A stretch of DNA of 64,000 nt from Ascidiella aspersa. Taxonomy: Eukaryota. This document shows, one piece after another, positions 46,801 through 60,218 of this stretch; position 1 is the first letter of the stretch, and the number at the start of each line of letters is the position of its first letter. The DNA is taken from NCBI GenBank assembly GCA_963924565.1, contig OZ004607.1, forward strand, positions 29,698,001 to 29,762,000, written 5' to 3'. The notes beneath the pieces are model-generated. The model made no database searches. It was not told the DNA's origin and worked only from the letters and a program-made list of their open reading frames with translations. The position numbers were made by a program, and so were the translations under genes.

Positions 46801-49800
46801 AATCCATTAGACATCACTCTGGTCGACAACGCAGAGGCACGACACAAAAAGCAGTCGGCCAAAAACGCTTCGATCCGCCGCAGGATGTCGCTGCAGTTCC
46901 TTAAACCACTCAATCGTGACCGTGACGACGACGTTGTCGTGAACTTTGACGGCCTGACTGGAAAGGTAATACATATCCTACCAATGCGGTACCCAAGCTA
47001 ATAGTAAGGTAATAAAAAACATACCAAGGTGTGGGGGATTCAGAATTTGGTTGTTTTCATTTGTCTCCCTTTTTACACGAAATCACCTGACCATGGTTAA
47101 ATAAAGGCGCTGCTATGGGGAATTAGATGTAAGTCACATGGTTCAACGTTAATTTTTAGCTCGTTCTGCAGTAATACAAATATGTAGCCTTTGTTTTTAT
47201 TACATAACAACCAAATCAACATATACCTTGACACTTGGTTGCAAGGCAATCACAGGTGTTTCCCTCGCATGTTTTTCAGTTTGCCTATTGCTAATACGAA
47301 TTGCGTACTTTCAAAATTAGAAAAACGTTTAAAAAACATAAAACAATCGAGACACACGGTGGTGACTCGCCATGCCGCTCGTGAACCACCGTTATACACG
47401 CACACAAATCCAATTAAACACCAAAACCCGTATCCTTAGTGTACAACACTATTACATAAAGATTGACATTTGTTGTGACGTTTGCAGTCATGTCATCCCG
47501 ATTAGGCATTATGAAATCTAACAGCAGCACGCGTTTAGGCTTGTTTGCTATAAAAGGTACTCTCGGTAGCTTGACAAACCTTGCAGTTTGTTTTAGGGCG
47601 TCACGTGAGAAAGGGCAGCGTACAAAGTGCACGTACTTGGGTGTAACACGTTTGTTTTGCCAGGTCTGGTCTTCCGTTGCGGCAAATCCCAGCTAAATGA
47701 AATATAAACACTTCAAACCATCGACTTAAACCTCCCTTCACGCATTTGCAATTCTACCGTACAATCGTACATGTCTCTAACTTCGATCCAATAACAACGT
47801 AATTCATTCAAATCTTTGCCTTCTTACATGGGTTAATGTTGCACGGACAGCGTAAACTAATTAATAAGATTTATTCCTTTCTGGGAAAAGTTGCTACCTG
47901 TTACGGAACTGCTGAAATAGGATTTGCGTCGTCTTCAGGAGTTATGGGTCTCATACGGTGTCCGCGATATAAGCACATAAACAATTTTAACGTAATCCAC
48001 ACTAATTGCAAGGCGCTGCTGAGCCTGAGAGTGTTCATTTTACCTTCAAGGGAACACGAGGTAAACTTAATATTGTTTGAATGGTCTCTGTTTGCCAGTA
48101 GTTGCGATAATGCCTTTTATTAAAAAAACGAGAGAAACTATAACGCCAAGGTTTAAATAGAATGATGTCCAAAAGTGGACAAGGCAAATTTAACGCTAGA
48201 CATGTTACATCTAAAACGGACTGGACTTATTGTTTATTTGAAACGTGTACTATGCCGGATAATATCACCACTATAAAATGGACATTGCCCCCATTGGCGG
48301 TCCTTTTCAACATTATGCTGGTGTTCTATCAGCCAAACACAGTCAAGCCAATTTTGCGCCACAATATACAAAACAGTGGAAGAACCTGACCAAATAAAAG
48401 ATAGGGAGCACCTAATAAGAAACGATAGGTATATTTATAAACGCGCGCATGAGCACTACTAGTTTTTTTAAATTAATAAGACCGCAACCTGTAAATTGTG
48501 TATGTGGAATAGCGTAGGGTGGAATTTTTCCAACCATAAATTGTTGTAGGAATAAGTATATTACACCCCTATGAGTGGATTGCTGAATATCCTCATAAAT
48601 TTAGTTACGTAAATGGGTGAAATACAAGCTCTGGAATCGGAGTCGAACTCGGGACTCGAGAAAATCGCACATTTGGCCGGAGTCGGACCCGTGTAAAATT
48701 TCCTTGCCCTGTGAGTAAGCTGCGCCCACTGGCGGAGCACATGTGACGCGAAAGCAAATTAGACAAAAAAACTAACAGGCAATGGATTATAAGGGGCCAA
48801 ATGATGACTAAAAATAATCCGCGTTAATCGTAGCAATAAAAAAGCAAAAGAGGTTTAAACAACTTGTAGCTCAATGAAAGATTCACACACATTTTGATCA
48901 AAGATTATTTATAGCTTAGACACGTAGGCCTATTTTTATAAATAGGCATACATCAACCAAATGGAAGAAATGGGCGCGGATAACTTATTTTAAACCCATT
49001 TTAAACGATTTGAACATAATAATAAACAATGAAAATGGTATATATATAAAGCATACAACAGTAAACCATTTACCGATTTCTAATCAAAACTAATTTCAAC
49101 AAAAAAATAACAGCATTAAATACTAAACCATTATCGTAATAAAGACGTTTCGATACGCACTTCTATTTTATCAGCTAATGACTGAGATCAATTCAACCTG
49201 AGCCCTACATTACAGATCCGTGCTCGACGCATGGTATACCTATTAACATTTATTTGCAGAGAACTTTCGATTAAAATAAAAATTGTATTGTCCAAATTCT
49301 TTGACGATTAAATGATAGCGGGATCACGCTGATTTTATTACAGGTAACTGACGAATGGAGGCGTCACTCGCTGGCCGAACTGGACATCGACCAGGCCAAG
49401 AGCGGAATGGGAAGAAACAGTGTGTCCTCCGCGTCCTCCGGATCTGCAACGGGAAGCAGAAACGTGAGAAGGAGGATACGACCGTTGTCGGAAGTCCAGA
49501 ATCTAAAGTGGGTTTTGTTAATAATTGTTCAAAACGAGTTTGTAAATTCTATAAAATAAAACTCAATTTACGTTGTACTTTTGTACTTTTTTTGACTGAT
49601 AAAAATATGTTGCGCCTAGTTAAATTAGGTAAATAGTGCCGACAAAATAGATTATTGTTCGACAAAATAGATTATTGCTGCTGGTGTAAGCTGTCTTCGA
49701 ATGTGCATTTAATTTTACCGCTTTTGATATAATTTTTGTACTTTATGTCTAAATGAAGGCGTTACGGGATGCGTTTTAAGCAATACAATTCATTAAGCAC

Positions 49801-52800
49801 GACATCTTGCATTATTTAACTTTATTCAACAATATTTATCAACTTATACCTTGACACTTACTCGATTGCAAGGCGGTCACAGGTGCATGCCACCGTTATA
49901 CACACAAAAAAAACAAAAAATGGGTTTTGTGTCCGACGGTTATGAGCATTTATCCTACAAATGTAGTCGGATATGCCGCATTTGTTGAGGATCGGTGGCG
50001 ATTACAAACTGTTTCATGGTGAAAACTTTGTCACACGATAACTACTTGTTTGCAGCCTGCGCGTGTTTATGCATACGATATAGAAAACCTAAAATCGTAG
50101 GATGGCCGCTCGCGATCCACAGATTCCAATATGAAAACACGACTTCTTAAATATCACCAATTTATCTTACTTTCAAGATTTTATTTATCTTAATTTCGAT
50201 GAGAAACTTTAACCACGTAGAGGGCCTGCTACCATTCATGTTTTACCACTTTTTTTCAAGCAGTCTCTTCAATTGAATGAATATTCCACGAAAAGCCAAA
50301 GTCGAAAAGCCAACTGACTAGTGATAGCTGGCTTTTCGTGTAAAGCCTTAAGAGCGAAATTGATTCTAAAAAATCATTTCGAAACTGCATTCAGGCCTCT
50401 TTGTTTGATGTCTTGTTTATTAAAAATCCTCCGCCCGGTTTAGGTGGGAGGTGCACGTCATTCCGGAGCACAAGGAGGTCTCCACCTGCGGAGAGGACAA
50501 GTCTTTCGCTCCTGATGGCGCGTCCTCATCAAACTTAACGTCTAACCAGCGTCCACGCAGTCTCCAGCTAAAAAACTTCAGCGTTGCACCGCCCAGGGGC
50601 GCCCCCCAAGTCGACACTTGTCGCGAGTGCGGCTCGCCGCGAATCCAATCGCCCGTGCACGCGGCGCCACCCAGCGACCACTTCTCCTCCAATACCATAT
50701 TGGCGACCCGCCTCCGGACTCTTGGGAGTAGCTTCAGCGAGGAGAACCTGTCGTCGTTAGGCGACGAGGTAAGGATTTTGCTAAGTGGGAGAGATTGGGA
50801 TGGTTTAGCGCTGGGGTTCTTAAATATTTTTTTACCGCGAACCCCTTAGGAAAAATTTTACTTTACATGGACCGGTGTAGGCAAGCAATTTTAAGAGATG
50901 ACGTCATAAATTTACGTCACAATATAAAGAGACTTCTGAAATCTGCTGTTTTCGGTCCAAAACTGTGAAAGTGAAATGGAACCTAAATGCATTGAGTAAA
51001 AAAACGTTTGATTGTTGATTAAACTCTTTATAGACAAACTCTCGCTTGTAGGGACAACAATACAACACAAAAAATCCACCACATTCCGCAGTTTAAATTT
51101 TTAATTACTGATGAACACGTACGCCGCGTTTCTGTGTGAGGCGTGCAGCGCCTTTGGTTTAATTTAGCGGGCGCAGGCTTTAGTGTCGCAGGATGGCAAA
51201 ACGCTGGGCGTATTAATTTGCGTTGGTTTCCCGATGCATTATGCATGACCTTTGCGCCAGATGGTTTCGCGAAAAGTTGCGTTGTGCGCGGAAAAGACCT
51301 ACGCTCTTCTAAATGGCTTTCCTGCATTTATGAAAGTCCAACGTATGTGTTAATTTATACTAGCAACGTTGTTGTTTCTGGTATATAGATATTTACGCAC
51401 ATATTTAGGCCGGTAATTCTAAAAATGGTTGAAACGGCAACGCAACTTAAAAAAAAACGAAATTCATTGTTTTGCTAGCCGCCTTCCAACTAAGAAAGGA
51501 GCGAAACAGAAACGCGTACTTCCTTTCTATTTCATGTTTTGAAATCGGCGTTTTGTTGTGATTTGTCAGGTCACAATCACCCGTTATGACGTAACAAGCG
51601 CGGCAGATATTTCTGCGAAGTAGCCGTTTCATAAACTGCCAATCACCACTAAAACGGCGTAGGCTTCTCGCTGCCTGTAAACCTGGTTGACGACTTTCTT
51701 TGTCGGGGTATCATTTTCGAGAAAAAGGGGGATTCGAAACTGGCATATTATAAAGTGAAAATCAACTTGAACGTTATAACTTCGATCCTTTTTTGAACTT
51801 GTTGGTAAAAAACTCTACATCTCTTGTTTTAATTGCTAAAAGCCTTCCTGTAATGTCAACAAAAAAATCCATAGTAAATGGTAATTTGTGCTAATGTTAC
51901 TTATGGTGGCGGATAGGCGTGAGGAATTGAGTTTTTCTGTTTGTTTCCGATTCCCAAAGTTAAGATCATATATCTTTATTTTGTTTTTTTTTGTCGCTTT
52001 ACTGCTGTCGCCTGTGGCTGCGGGATTCGCTACCTATATATCCACCTCACCAGACCTCTTTACATTGCAGTTTGATAAACAGGCATCTATCAGTTTCTCA
52101 TTACACAATTTCCAAATACTTTTGCGCCGCTGACGCAAAGCGTGGCTACGAACATGCAGCAAAAGGGCGAGGAAGCGCAGATATGTATAATTATATGTCA
52201 ACAAGGGCTAACGGATCAAATGTTACGACGCGTCGACAGAGGCCTTGATTTGATCTTATCTTCCGCTTTTTTCGCAGGAAAGCCTCCCGCGCATTCAAAT
52301 GCAACCTAAGGCCTTTTCGGTGATTGGCGGCCTTAACACGATGCCCGAAAGCCTCGTCAGATTCTACCCGCCCAAGGTAAGCAATCGATTCCGTATTATC
52401 TTCCCATGTCAGACAAGTAAGCACTCCTGTGCATTTCACGTGGACAAAAAACGGCGTTTGATCACAAGAAAACAAGAATTTTTAGCTGTTAAACGTTGTT
52501 TTGTGATTTAAAAAGGCCTATTTAAGCCGATAAGCGACGTAGTGTTAACTTGTTTCGATTGTAGTTTATTTTTCTCTGACTGAAAAGAAAGAAATATAAA
52601 ACAATGGTAAAATTATGACGTGTAATTCATTTCCTTCAGGATAAAACAGATGAATTCCCATTTTATTAGCGTATTGTTTAAAATTTTCCTACACCTAACT
52701 TTACGTTTCATATGAGTCAAACCCTGCAAATGTTTTCACACTGTCAGTATTGAATTAGGTTCAAATTTTGCATATAATTGATATATGCCTAAAGTCATGA

Positions 52801-54327
52801 GCTTAATTTCAATACAATCAAATTGAACGACTAGACAACCATTAAGCCACCCGTATAGCTCTTTATGTTCAAATGAATAAATCGCTATTTAATGTGGTAA
52901 CCTTTTACGCAAAAAATTACCGGCAGTTCGGTTATTTAGTCTGACACAATTAGGTTTACGTCAACCTTAATGACAGACCAGTGGCCTGATGCCAGTAGCC
53001 CTTTTTGCATCGCAAAAAATACGCCTCACTATGCAAAACACATTGTCTAAATCAGGGATGTCCAACATTTTTTTATCGTGGGCCGCATTGACACTTGAAA
53101 TAATTTAATGGGCCGCAGAACCTATTAAGTTTCAAGATTAAGTATTGCTCTTCAGAGGTATAACGGGCCTTTAGACTTATATATATATATATATATATAT
53201 GTATATTGCTCATACTATACTATTAGTGCGCCCCTAAAAGCTGACTGGTACATTTTAATTATGCTAATATTGAACGTTTAAAATACTACTAGGAAGTGAA
53301 AATGACTAGCGGGCAGCACAAAAATTTCAGACGGGCCGCAATGTAGCCCGCGGGCCGCAGGTTGGACATGCCTGGTCTAAATTGTTTGCAAAGTTAACAA
53401 AACCGGTTATTAATAAAAAAATGATACGCTAAATCTTTCTTGCAATAACTTTCGTGTTATTTATCGGAGAACTTAAAATTTTCCAGTTTTTTAACTTGTA
53501 TGAAAAAGGATGACTTGCGAACAAAAGTCGTGTGAACAGTCTAGCGTAGCCTTCTAATAAGACTGCTCCATGTGTTTTGTGTGTTGTATTAAAGTTATTG
53601 ACCTGATGTAAGGCAGTTTTCCATCTACCCTTTCCTACAAGCATCACATGGCCTGTGTCAACAACAGTGTTGTAAACAAGTCACTTCCAAATGACTGAAG
53701 TCCCAGTCAAGTCATTTGTAAAATAACTCAAATTAAGTCAAGTCTTTGTCAACAAATCACAAGTCAAGTTCCAGTCAAGTCATAGTTATAGCAAGTTAAT
53801 TCCATATCTAGTCCTTGTTATGAAAGTAGCGTTAAACTACTAAAATTAGTAAACTAACTCGATTCCAAGCAATAACCCAACTAAAAAATAACAAAAACGT
53901 AACATATTGCAAGCAGATTGTTTTATGTTGAAAAAAATATATAAAAAAAGCCTAATAAAACCACATTATGTTAACCCAAGTCATTTGTCCAAAAGGTTTA
54001 AGTCAAGTCAAGTTAGGTCAAGTAATTTGAAAACAGTGATTTCAGTGCACTTAAGTCAAGTAATTGACTTAGATAAACAACTAACACAATTATTCTCATT
54101 AATTTTCACCTGGTCATAACAGATGCCAGAATTAACAAAAACACTCCTGCTGTTTTAGTACTACGCCGAGCTCTACTGTTCCTGCCGGGTGCCGATCGGG
54201 GGCTACCAGCCTCACCCAACGTCAGCAGTTTCGGGGGCAACGAGGGTCCCAGACCAGCTATCCCCATTCGGCCAGGGCCTTTCCTCTCCCGACGGGCGCT
54301 CCAAGGTGCGGGGAAGCACCGTCTCAG
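31822..54327 (+). CDS. large uncharacterised Ser/Arg-rich, likely disordered protein; N-terminal ~1427 aa of long isoform; continues beyond window
   Basis: Ten GC-rich exons join in frame with matching phases: 31822-33411, 33671-34159, 36197-36290, 40613-41042, 43491-44257, 46811-46965, 49344-49507, 50444-50768, 52278-52376, 54159-54327 (phase-1 donor). Acceptor at 31735-36 and an in-frame TGA precede the ATG. No stop reached and no domain recognised. Confidence 0.8.
41166..41469. mobile_element. hAT (Charlie/Buster-like) MITE
   Basis: TIR CAGTGTTTCTCAGCC / GGTTGAGAACCACTG; perfect TSD GCTTAAAG; GCGGCACCC repeats. Confidence 0.9.
42206..42490. repeat. diverged tandem duplication (~143-bp unit)
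   Basis: Two copies of ...TTCCC..AACTACATTT..TGACTTT..CAATAGTCTTC..GTTTGCT.ATTTAA.GGCGC..GAAACGATCAA. Confidence 0.75.
44288..44709. mobile_element. hAT-type MITE, GAGTCGGA-repeat family
   Basis: TIR TAGGGCCGCGGAGTCGG / CCAGCTCAGCAGCCCTA; TSD GTTTTGAC / GTTATGAA (6/8). Confidence 0.75.
48480..48710. mobile_element. partial copy of GAGTCGGA-family MITE
   Basis: Colinear similarity to 44432-44620. Confidence 0.65.
53053..53374. mobile_element. hAT MITE containing an (AT)n microsatellite
   Basis: TIR CAGGGATGTCCAAC / GTTGGACATGCCTG; perfect TSD GTCTAAAT; GGGCCGCA repeats. Confidence 0.9.
53665..54083. mobile_element. AAGTCA subterminal-repeat non-autonomous transposon
   Basis: Imperfect TIR CAGTGTTGTAAACAAGTCA / TGACTTAGATAAACAACTA; arrays of AAGTCA at both ends. 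Confidence 0.65.
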
Positions 54328-57300
54328 GTGGGTAACTTTGTTTTTCGCGAGGACCATTTATGTTTGGTAACCCTACAGGTTTTCATGTTTGTCGTCACGT
54401 ACTGACTACTAATAGTCTCGAAGATGTGACAATTAACTTTAGTTACGAATCAGTAGATTTAGACCTAATAGCGATTTCGACTGGCATTGGTAAATCAGCA
54501 AGACAAGCCTCCACCTGTATAGGGCGTGCGTGTGACTTTCTGCTGAGCTTGATTTCTTCGAAAGGTTAATGGGACGGCAAACACGCCTGTTGCAGTATTT
54601 GCGAGAAACCCAGGCAAAGTTGTGATGTGTTGTGTCACGAAAAACACTTTCAGCCTTGGCCAGCATGCGAAGTATGTGACAGGACTCCTAACATGAACCA
54701 CGCATGACGACCATATACAAGCGAACTTTTAATCTGGCGTTTCTTCAAGAGAAGCCAATTGCAGTTCTGCACTTCTATTTTCAACGCGATCCCAAGAAAA
54801 CTTCAATTTGTTGAAAATCTGACGTCTGCCACGCAGTTTGCTCATATTTGCACGCAAAACGTACGTATTTGGCAGGGATCCAGCGTGCGTCGTCGATAGT
54901 ATTAATTACGAGAAAGGTCACGCAAACGCGGGGCACATTTAATTGCCATTTGACGCTCTCACGTCTTCACGCACGGCTATTCTAATTTATATATTTGGCA
55001 ATGCACAGTCACGGCCTAATGGCCCTTCCCAGCCTTTCGCGACAAGCACAGATGCAGAGCTTTTACGTACAGTAAGTTGTCGAGAGTTTGCAAAGGCAAC
55101 GCGAGTGAAAATAACCAGTATACAGCTGGTCTTTCAATACAAGTATAGTGTTGCTGCCAACCAATTCAACGAATACGGCCCTTTGAGTACGGTCGCGAAT
55201 TTGAATTCAATGCCGTCCGCCTGTCACACTGGATTGACGCGAGAGAAGCGGTCAATGTACGCACGCGGCCATTGTGACCGTAATATCGCGACGGGACGAA
55301 AGCGAACAGACGCATTCACCAGGAAAAGAGCTTTTGCATGATTCGAAGTCCATAGGAAACCGTTCCAGCTTGGCCATGGATACTGAGAATACCTGGCTTT
55401 TCGACACAGTTTGTTGCTGCAACAGTTTGATATATAACGAGGGGTGAAGCACGATCGCCATTGCTTTCGTTTTTAGTAAGAGCAAAGGTTGTTAAGTGAA
55501 AGTCATAGTAAAACGGTTGACTACAACTCACTGTCACCACATAGTTTGGGAATGCAGATACATGCAACTTAGTTAACGCGGTCTTTGTTAACAATGTAGA
55601 CTGTTGAATATAAACTTACAATTTTTTAAAGATTTGCCTTTGGTAAGAAAGTTAGTTTAATAGAAAGAACTGAGTTTTAGGCGTTTACTAGTGATTTTTG
55701 GTGGTACGTTTTGAAGCAGGCGAATCCGTAAATTTAAGTAGTTTTCTGTTTTAAAAAAATCGAGGAAGGAGATCTGTATTTCAAAATTATGCTAATTTCC
55801 AAGTAATTTTTTTTTCGGTAATTTCTTTTGACAAGCTGATCGCAAAAGGAAGCTGTATGTGAATGAGATAACGATTTGCAGAAAAGTAATTGTTAAATTC
55901 TAATCGCCGCTGCTCAACTGATTCGTTCAATATCTGGACATATGGAGTGTTAAATTGCACAGGAACATATACGTTTTATATGTATTTAAATATTAATAGC
56001 AGTTTTTGTGATACCAAATAGCGAGTTTCTAGTAAATTGCAAACCTAAGGATGACGTAATTCTCCTTAAAACCAGATTAGCAGAACAATAAAAAATTTGT
56101 TTTTTTTAAATATATTACTTTTTGCTATGAATTGATATGTTTAACCGCATAGTAACAATATTCGATATATATATATATTTTTCGATTTGTGTCGGACAAT
56201 ATTTTTTTGCGATTCGTCGTGTCTGAACCAGGGATAGAACAATTCCAGTTGCGCTGTCGTATTTTGTTTTTACCCTAGTAATAACGGCTTAACAATTAAC
56301 CGTTCAGCAATGCGCAAACCACAACACCAGGAGCTGCCAATACGCGATTGGCCGATTGCTGTTGTTCTCGTGAAAGTGCGTATACAGTACAAGCGTGCTG
56401 TGCGCCAAAACGCGTGTCATCCCTGTTTGGCGCGTCACTCGCCGAAGGTGGAATTGCCTTAATCACGCCCATTGCATCGTCGATTGCGAGTCATTTAACA
56501 AGCAGTACATGTTTCGGCTGGGTTTGTTTTGATTGTGCTGTAGAGAACAGTACTTCTTAACCCTAAGGGTCCGAGCATTTCTGTTGCGGCAAGAGTTTCA
56601 CTTTTTATCCCTTTGTTTTGCGTTCCTATGCCCTTCACTTGACGTTATGCTTGTTTGTGCACTTTCTTATGCTCACACAAAATTCAGAATCGTACATCAC
56701 AAAAATGTTTGGCGCTTCTGATTTTGGTATGATACTAATTTAGTACTGAAGAGGTGGACGTAACTGTTAAAGTATAACTAAACAAAGGACAATATAAAGA
56801 CAATAAAAAACACTGCATAAGGAGAACTATAAAACATTATAGCACCAATTTTCAGCATGACAATTTATATAGTAGGTTATATAAACGGCCAGTCTGGTGC
56901 GTTGAAAGTGTCACGAACTTTCACTCACGGAATGTGACCTCACTCTTTTAAAAACAAAAAGTGTAGAATTTTAGTTTTTCATCCACAGAGCACATAGTGC
57001 AATTTTAACGACAAATAATTTTTGGCCTTGGCTTACAACGTATAAGTACGTTTTACATTCCTCGATGATTGATTTGCAAATCAGTCCACAATTAAAGCAA
57101 AAAGGTACCACAGTCATTGAATATTTCCGATGTTGGATTAATATGATACACATTGCTGCTATAAACAGGATCCTTTGGTTTTATAAATTATTTAAGACAA
57201 ATTACTGTTTTATGCACATGACGATAATGTTTCATATCTTCTTGTATATTAAATCTCGGGAGTCCCCAATATAAATGTACAAAATCTATTTAATATGAAA

Positions 57301-59968
57301 GAATCAGTATACGTAATGAGCGCGTAGAATATATGGTGAATTTATATTAGTCCAAAAATATCCGAACCCGTGACTTCTAATCCGACAATAGACACTTTAA
57401 TGTGTATATCTTCTATTTTGTGAGCCCAAATCTGCCCGTCTATTTTGCCATCTCGGTTTTCCGGAAATCCCGAACGCGCAGTAATTTTAGCAGATGTCTC
57501 AGAACGCGCCGGAACTCGGCAATACTGAATTATTCCTTGGGAGGGGGTGGCATCGCGCGCGGCCGACGGGCGTACACATCTGGTAAACTATTAAAACACG
57601 GGACTTGCGTCATGTCAATTCTCGCGGCGTCACCATCGCAAAAGGCATGTCGGAAGTAGCAGCGGCCTTTAAACAGAAGCGCAGTCTATTTTGCGTCGAC
57701 TTGGGTCACCCACGTAATTTTGTCTGGAAAAAGGGCGACTGGCGTTTTTTTGCGCCTTAAAATCACGCGCACAAGCTGACAGACGCAAAGCTGAATCGGT
57801 TGGAGTCCAGCGTCTGTGTATAAATTATTGCAAGCGGCGGCCAGGGTTATTACATGCAGCAGCGCGAGTATATACGCGGATCCGTAATAACTTTCGACTT
57901 GACGTGAAAACAGGAGAGTTTAGCTTTTCTCTTAGCGGCTGTCGGCCTGTGTGCGTCCAAACGCGATGCATAATTTATCGTGTTTATAGGGAATCGATGT
58001 GTTCCAATGGGGTGGGCGGGTATAGGCACTGCGTTGAAGCAATAGCAGTAGCAGCGTAGTAGTAGTAGTATCGACCTGGCGTCGTTTATCGACCCCTCCC
58101 TGTGTCTCTTTGCAACGTGAATGCTTCCACGTGTACCGAAGTTGCAGCTGTGAAACTTCTCAAACGAAAACGGAAGGTGGACCATAAAAAATTGAGAGTT
58201 ATTTTTCAGTCGACAGGCCCAAAGTCCGACTGCGTCGGTCAGATGGACGCGCGACGTTTCAAACTTTCAGTTTCCAGACTTCAGTCGCATTAGCTGTTCG
58301 CAAAACGCGCATTGCGTCGCGCTGAAATGCCAGAAAAATCCGATCGTTAACGATTGTGAGGTAATAGTTATTTGAGGATGATTCAGTAGAATTTTGTGTC
58401 GTCACAGTAACGATTTCGTGCCCAGTTAGGATTATTTAGAGAAAAGGACCAGAGACTAAGGTCTCGTGACACGCCTCAAGACATGGTCATATTGCTTTGC
58501 AGTTGGGTAAGAGCACTTTCTTAAATTCTAGACGGCCATACTCAGCGTGATCTAACGTTTTGTGCTTGACAAGTCTTTAGTAAGTTTAATGCACGTGGCA
58601 GACTCCTGTTATGCTTAACTATAGCGTTTCTGATTTTTTTCAGGTTTAAAGGAAAAATTAGAACAGAACTTTTTTTTTAGTAAGCATGAGGCATTTTTTA
58701 TGGGGGTTCGACAGGTTTATTTTGAACAAGGCGTCATAAAAATCCAAAATTAATAGTGACTATATCGTTCAATAAACTAATTTAACATAATTGCGGGAAA
58801 TGGCAATATTTAGAAATTGCCTTCGTTTGTGTTAATAAATACATAAAATTGGACCTAACGTGTCGTTGGTTTTAATTGCAGGGTTGTGCATTCAAAGCCT
58901 TAAATACTTATTTACCTGAAACTTGCTGTATATAGTTTTGTATCGCTAACAGACACGTAGTGGTAGAAAGCAATTCAATTCACTGCATCAAACAAATGGT
59001 ATGTGACACTGAGTTTTTAATGTTATTGATTGCGCATCGTCTATGATTCAAAACTTATATTAAAAAGACATTAATAGCTTAACTTAATTGTCATTTGTTT
59101 TCCCGGAAATGGGCAAAACAATGCCCCATTGTTTTGTGACAGAGCAACTACCAAGTTAGGAAAAAGCTTTGTCATTTGTTGTGATTGTGTGCGCCCGTAT
59201 GCAGTTCAGGCGTGCTACCAGTCATGGTATTTTTTTTCGGAGTAAATCGATTCAGTTTGCGAGAACCCGTCCGTAGGTATTTGCCTATTCGATATTCCAC
59301 GTTTTTTCCGCCTCTGACGTGCCTTGGCTCTGAGTCGGGGATTTCCTGACTTGAGTTAAAACACGAGGGCTATTTTAGTCGCGCCGAGTTCAATTTGCGG
59401 CGAGCCACTTGACTTGAATGCGGCAAGTCCTTCAGATGCTCTTTTGGTGCGAGTCGGTGGCCTTTGCCGATTAGGTTGCGGTAGCCGATGATTGCTAGTC
59501 GTCGAAAGTGAGCTGGCGTTTTGCTGGAGTGAGTCACACTGTTTTGATGCGCGGCGACACTGCATCGGCAACAGTTGCTGTGTTTTGTTGGTATGATACG
59601 TTGCGGTGGATGGCAGGGGTTCTTCTGCAGGGTTTCGTCAGACAAATCGGTGACTAACCCGGTTTATGGGTTTTTATTTGCAAAGCTTTTATCCAGGCAA
59701 GAAACGAGGCAGTTAAAGCGCTTGTCTTGTAGTATCATTTTTTTAGATTATTAGAAGGTCCTACAAGCTTCCCAGAAAGCGTTGCAAGACCCCTATTAAC
59801 CCAGTTTCTCCGTTTTTCCTCAGCGCAACCGCACACAATTGAGCAACGATATTATATAGGCAATCCGTTAGGAACCGCTCGATTTGCACCTGAACTTTCG
59901 AAACGTTTGAAGAGGACTTACACTTCGCGTCAAGAGTGAAAAACAAGGCGGAAAGAAAACAGAAAACG

Positions 59969-60218
59969 ATGCAGCGATTCCTGCTGAGCGTTGGCCACGG
60001 CTACGCCAACAAAATGATGAGAAAGCACTCGCAGAAAAACCAGAGGTCTGCCGTGAGCATGCCTAACTCGCCTCGCAGCCCGGTCGAGATCACATTCGAT
60101 CCGATCCCGAAGACAGTGAGCTCGGAGGACGTGACTCCCAGGAGCCCGATCCGATCCAGAATGCGTTCCAGCATCCGGCGTTTGCGCCGCACAAAGAGCG
60201 CCCGGAAGTCTAAGAAAC
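59969..60218 (+). CDS. putative alternative first coding exon B of the third gene
   Basis: ATG-initiated MQRFLLSVG...RRLRRTKSARKSKK, GC-rich, in-frame stop upstream, donor C|GTAAGA in phase 1. Confidence 0.65.

Noticed and set aside
49639-49678. Short perfect tandem duplications (20 bp x2 here; 17 bp x2 at 14627-14660)
   Set aside because: Ordinary slippage duplications
54159-54195. ELYCSCRVP as the start of a PHD finger
   Set aside because: The remaining Cys/His ligands are absent downstream
60150-60218. RSSIRRLRRTKS resembling the SynGAP/DAB2IP/RASAL2 basic segment
   Set aside because: Too short and low-complexity to name the gene
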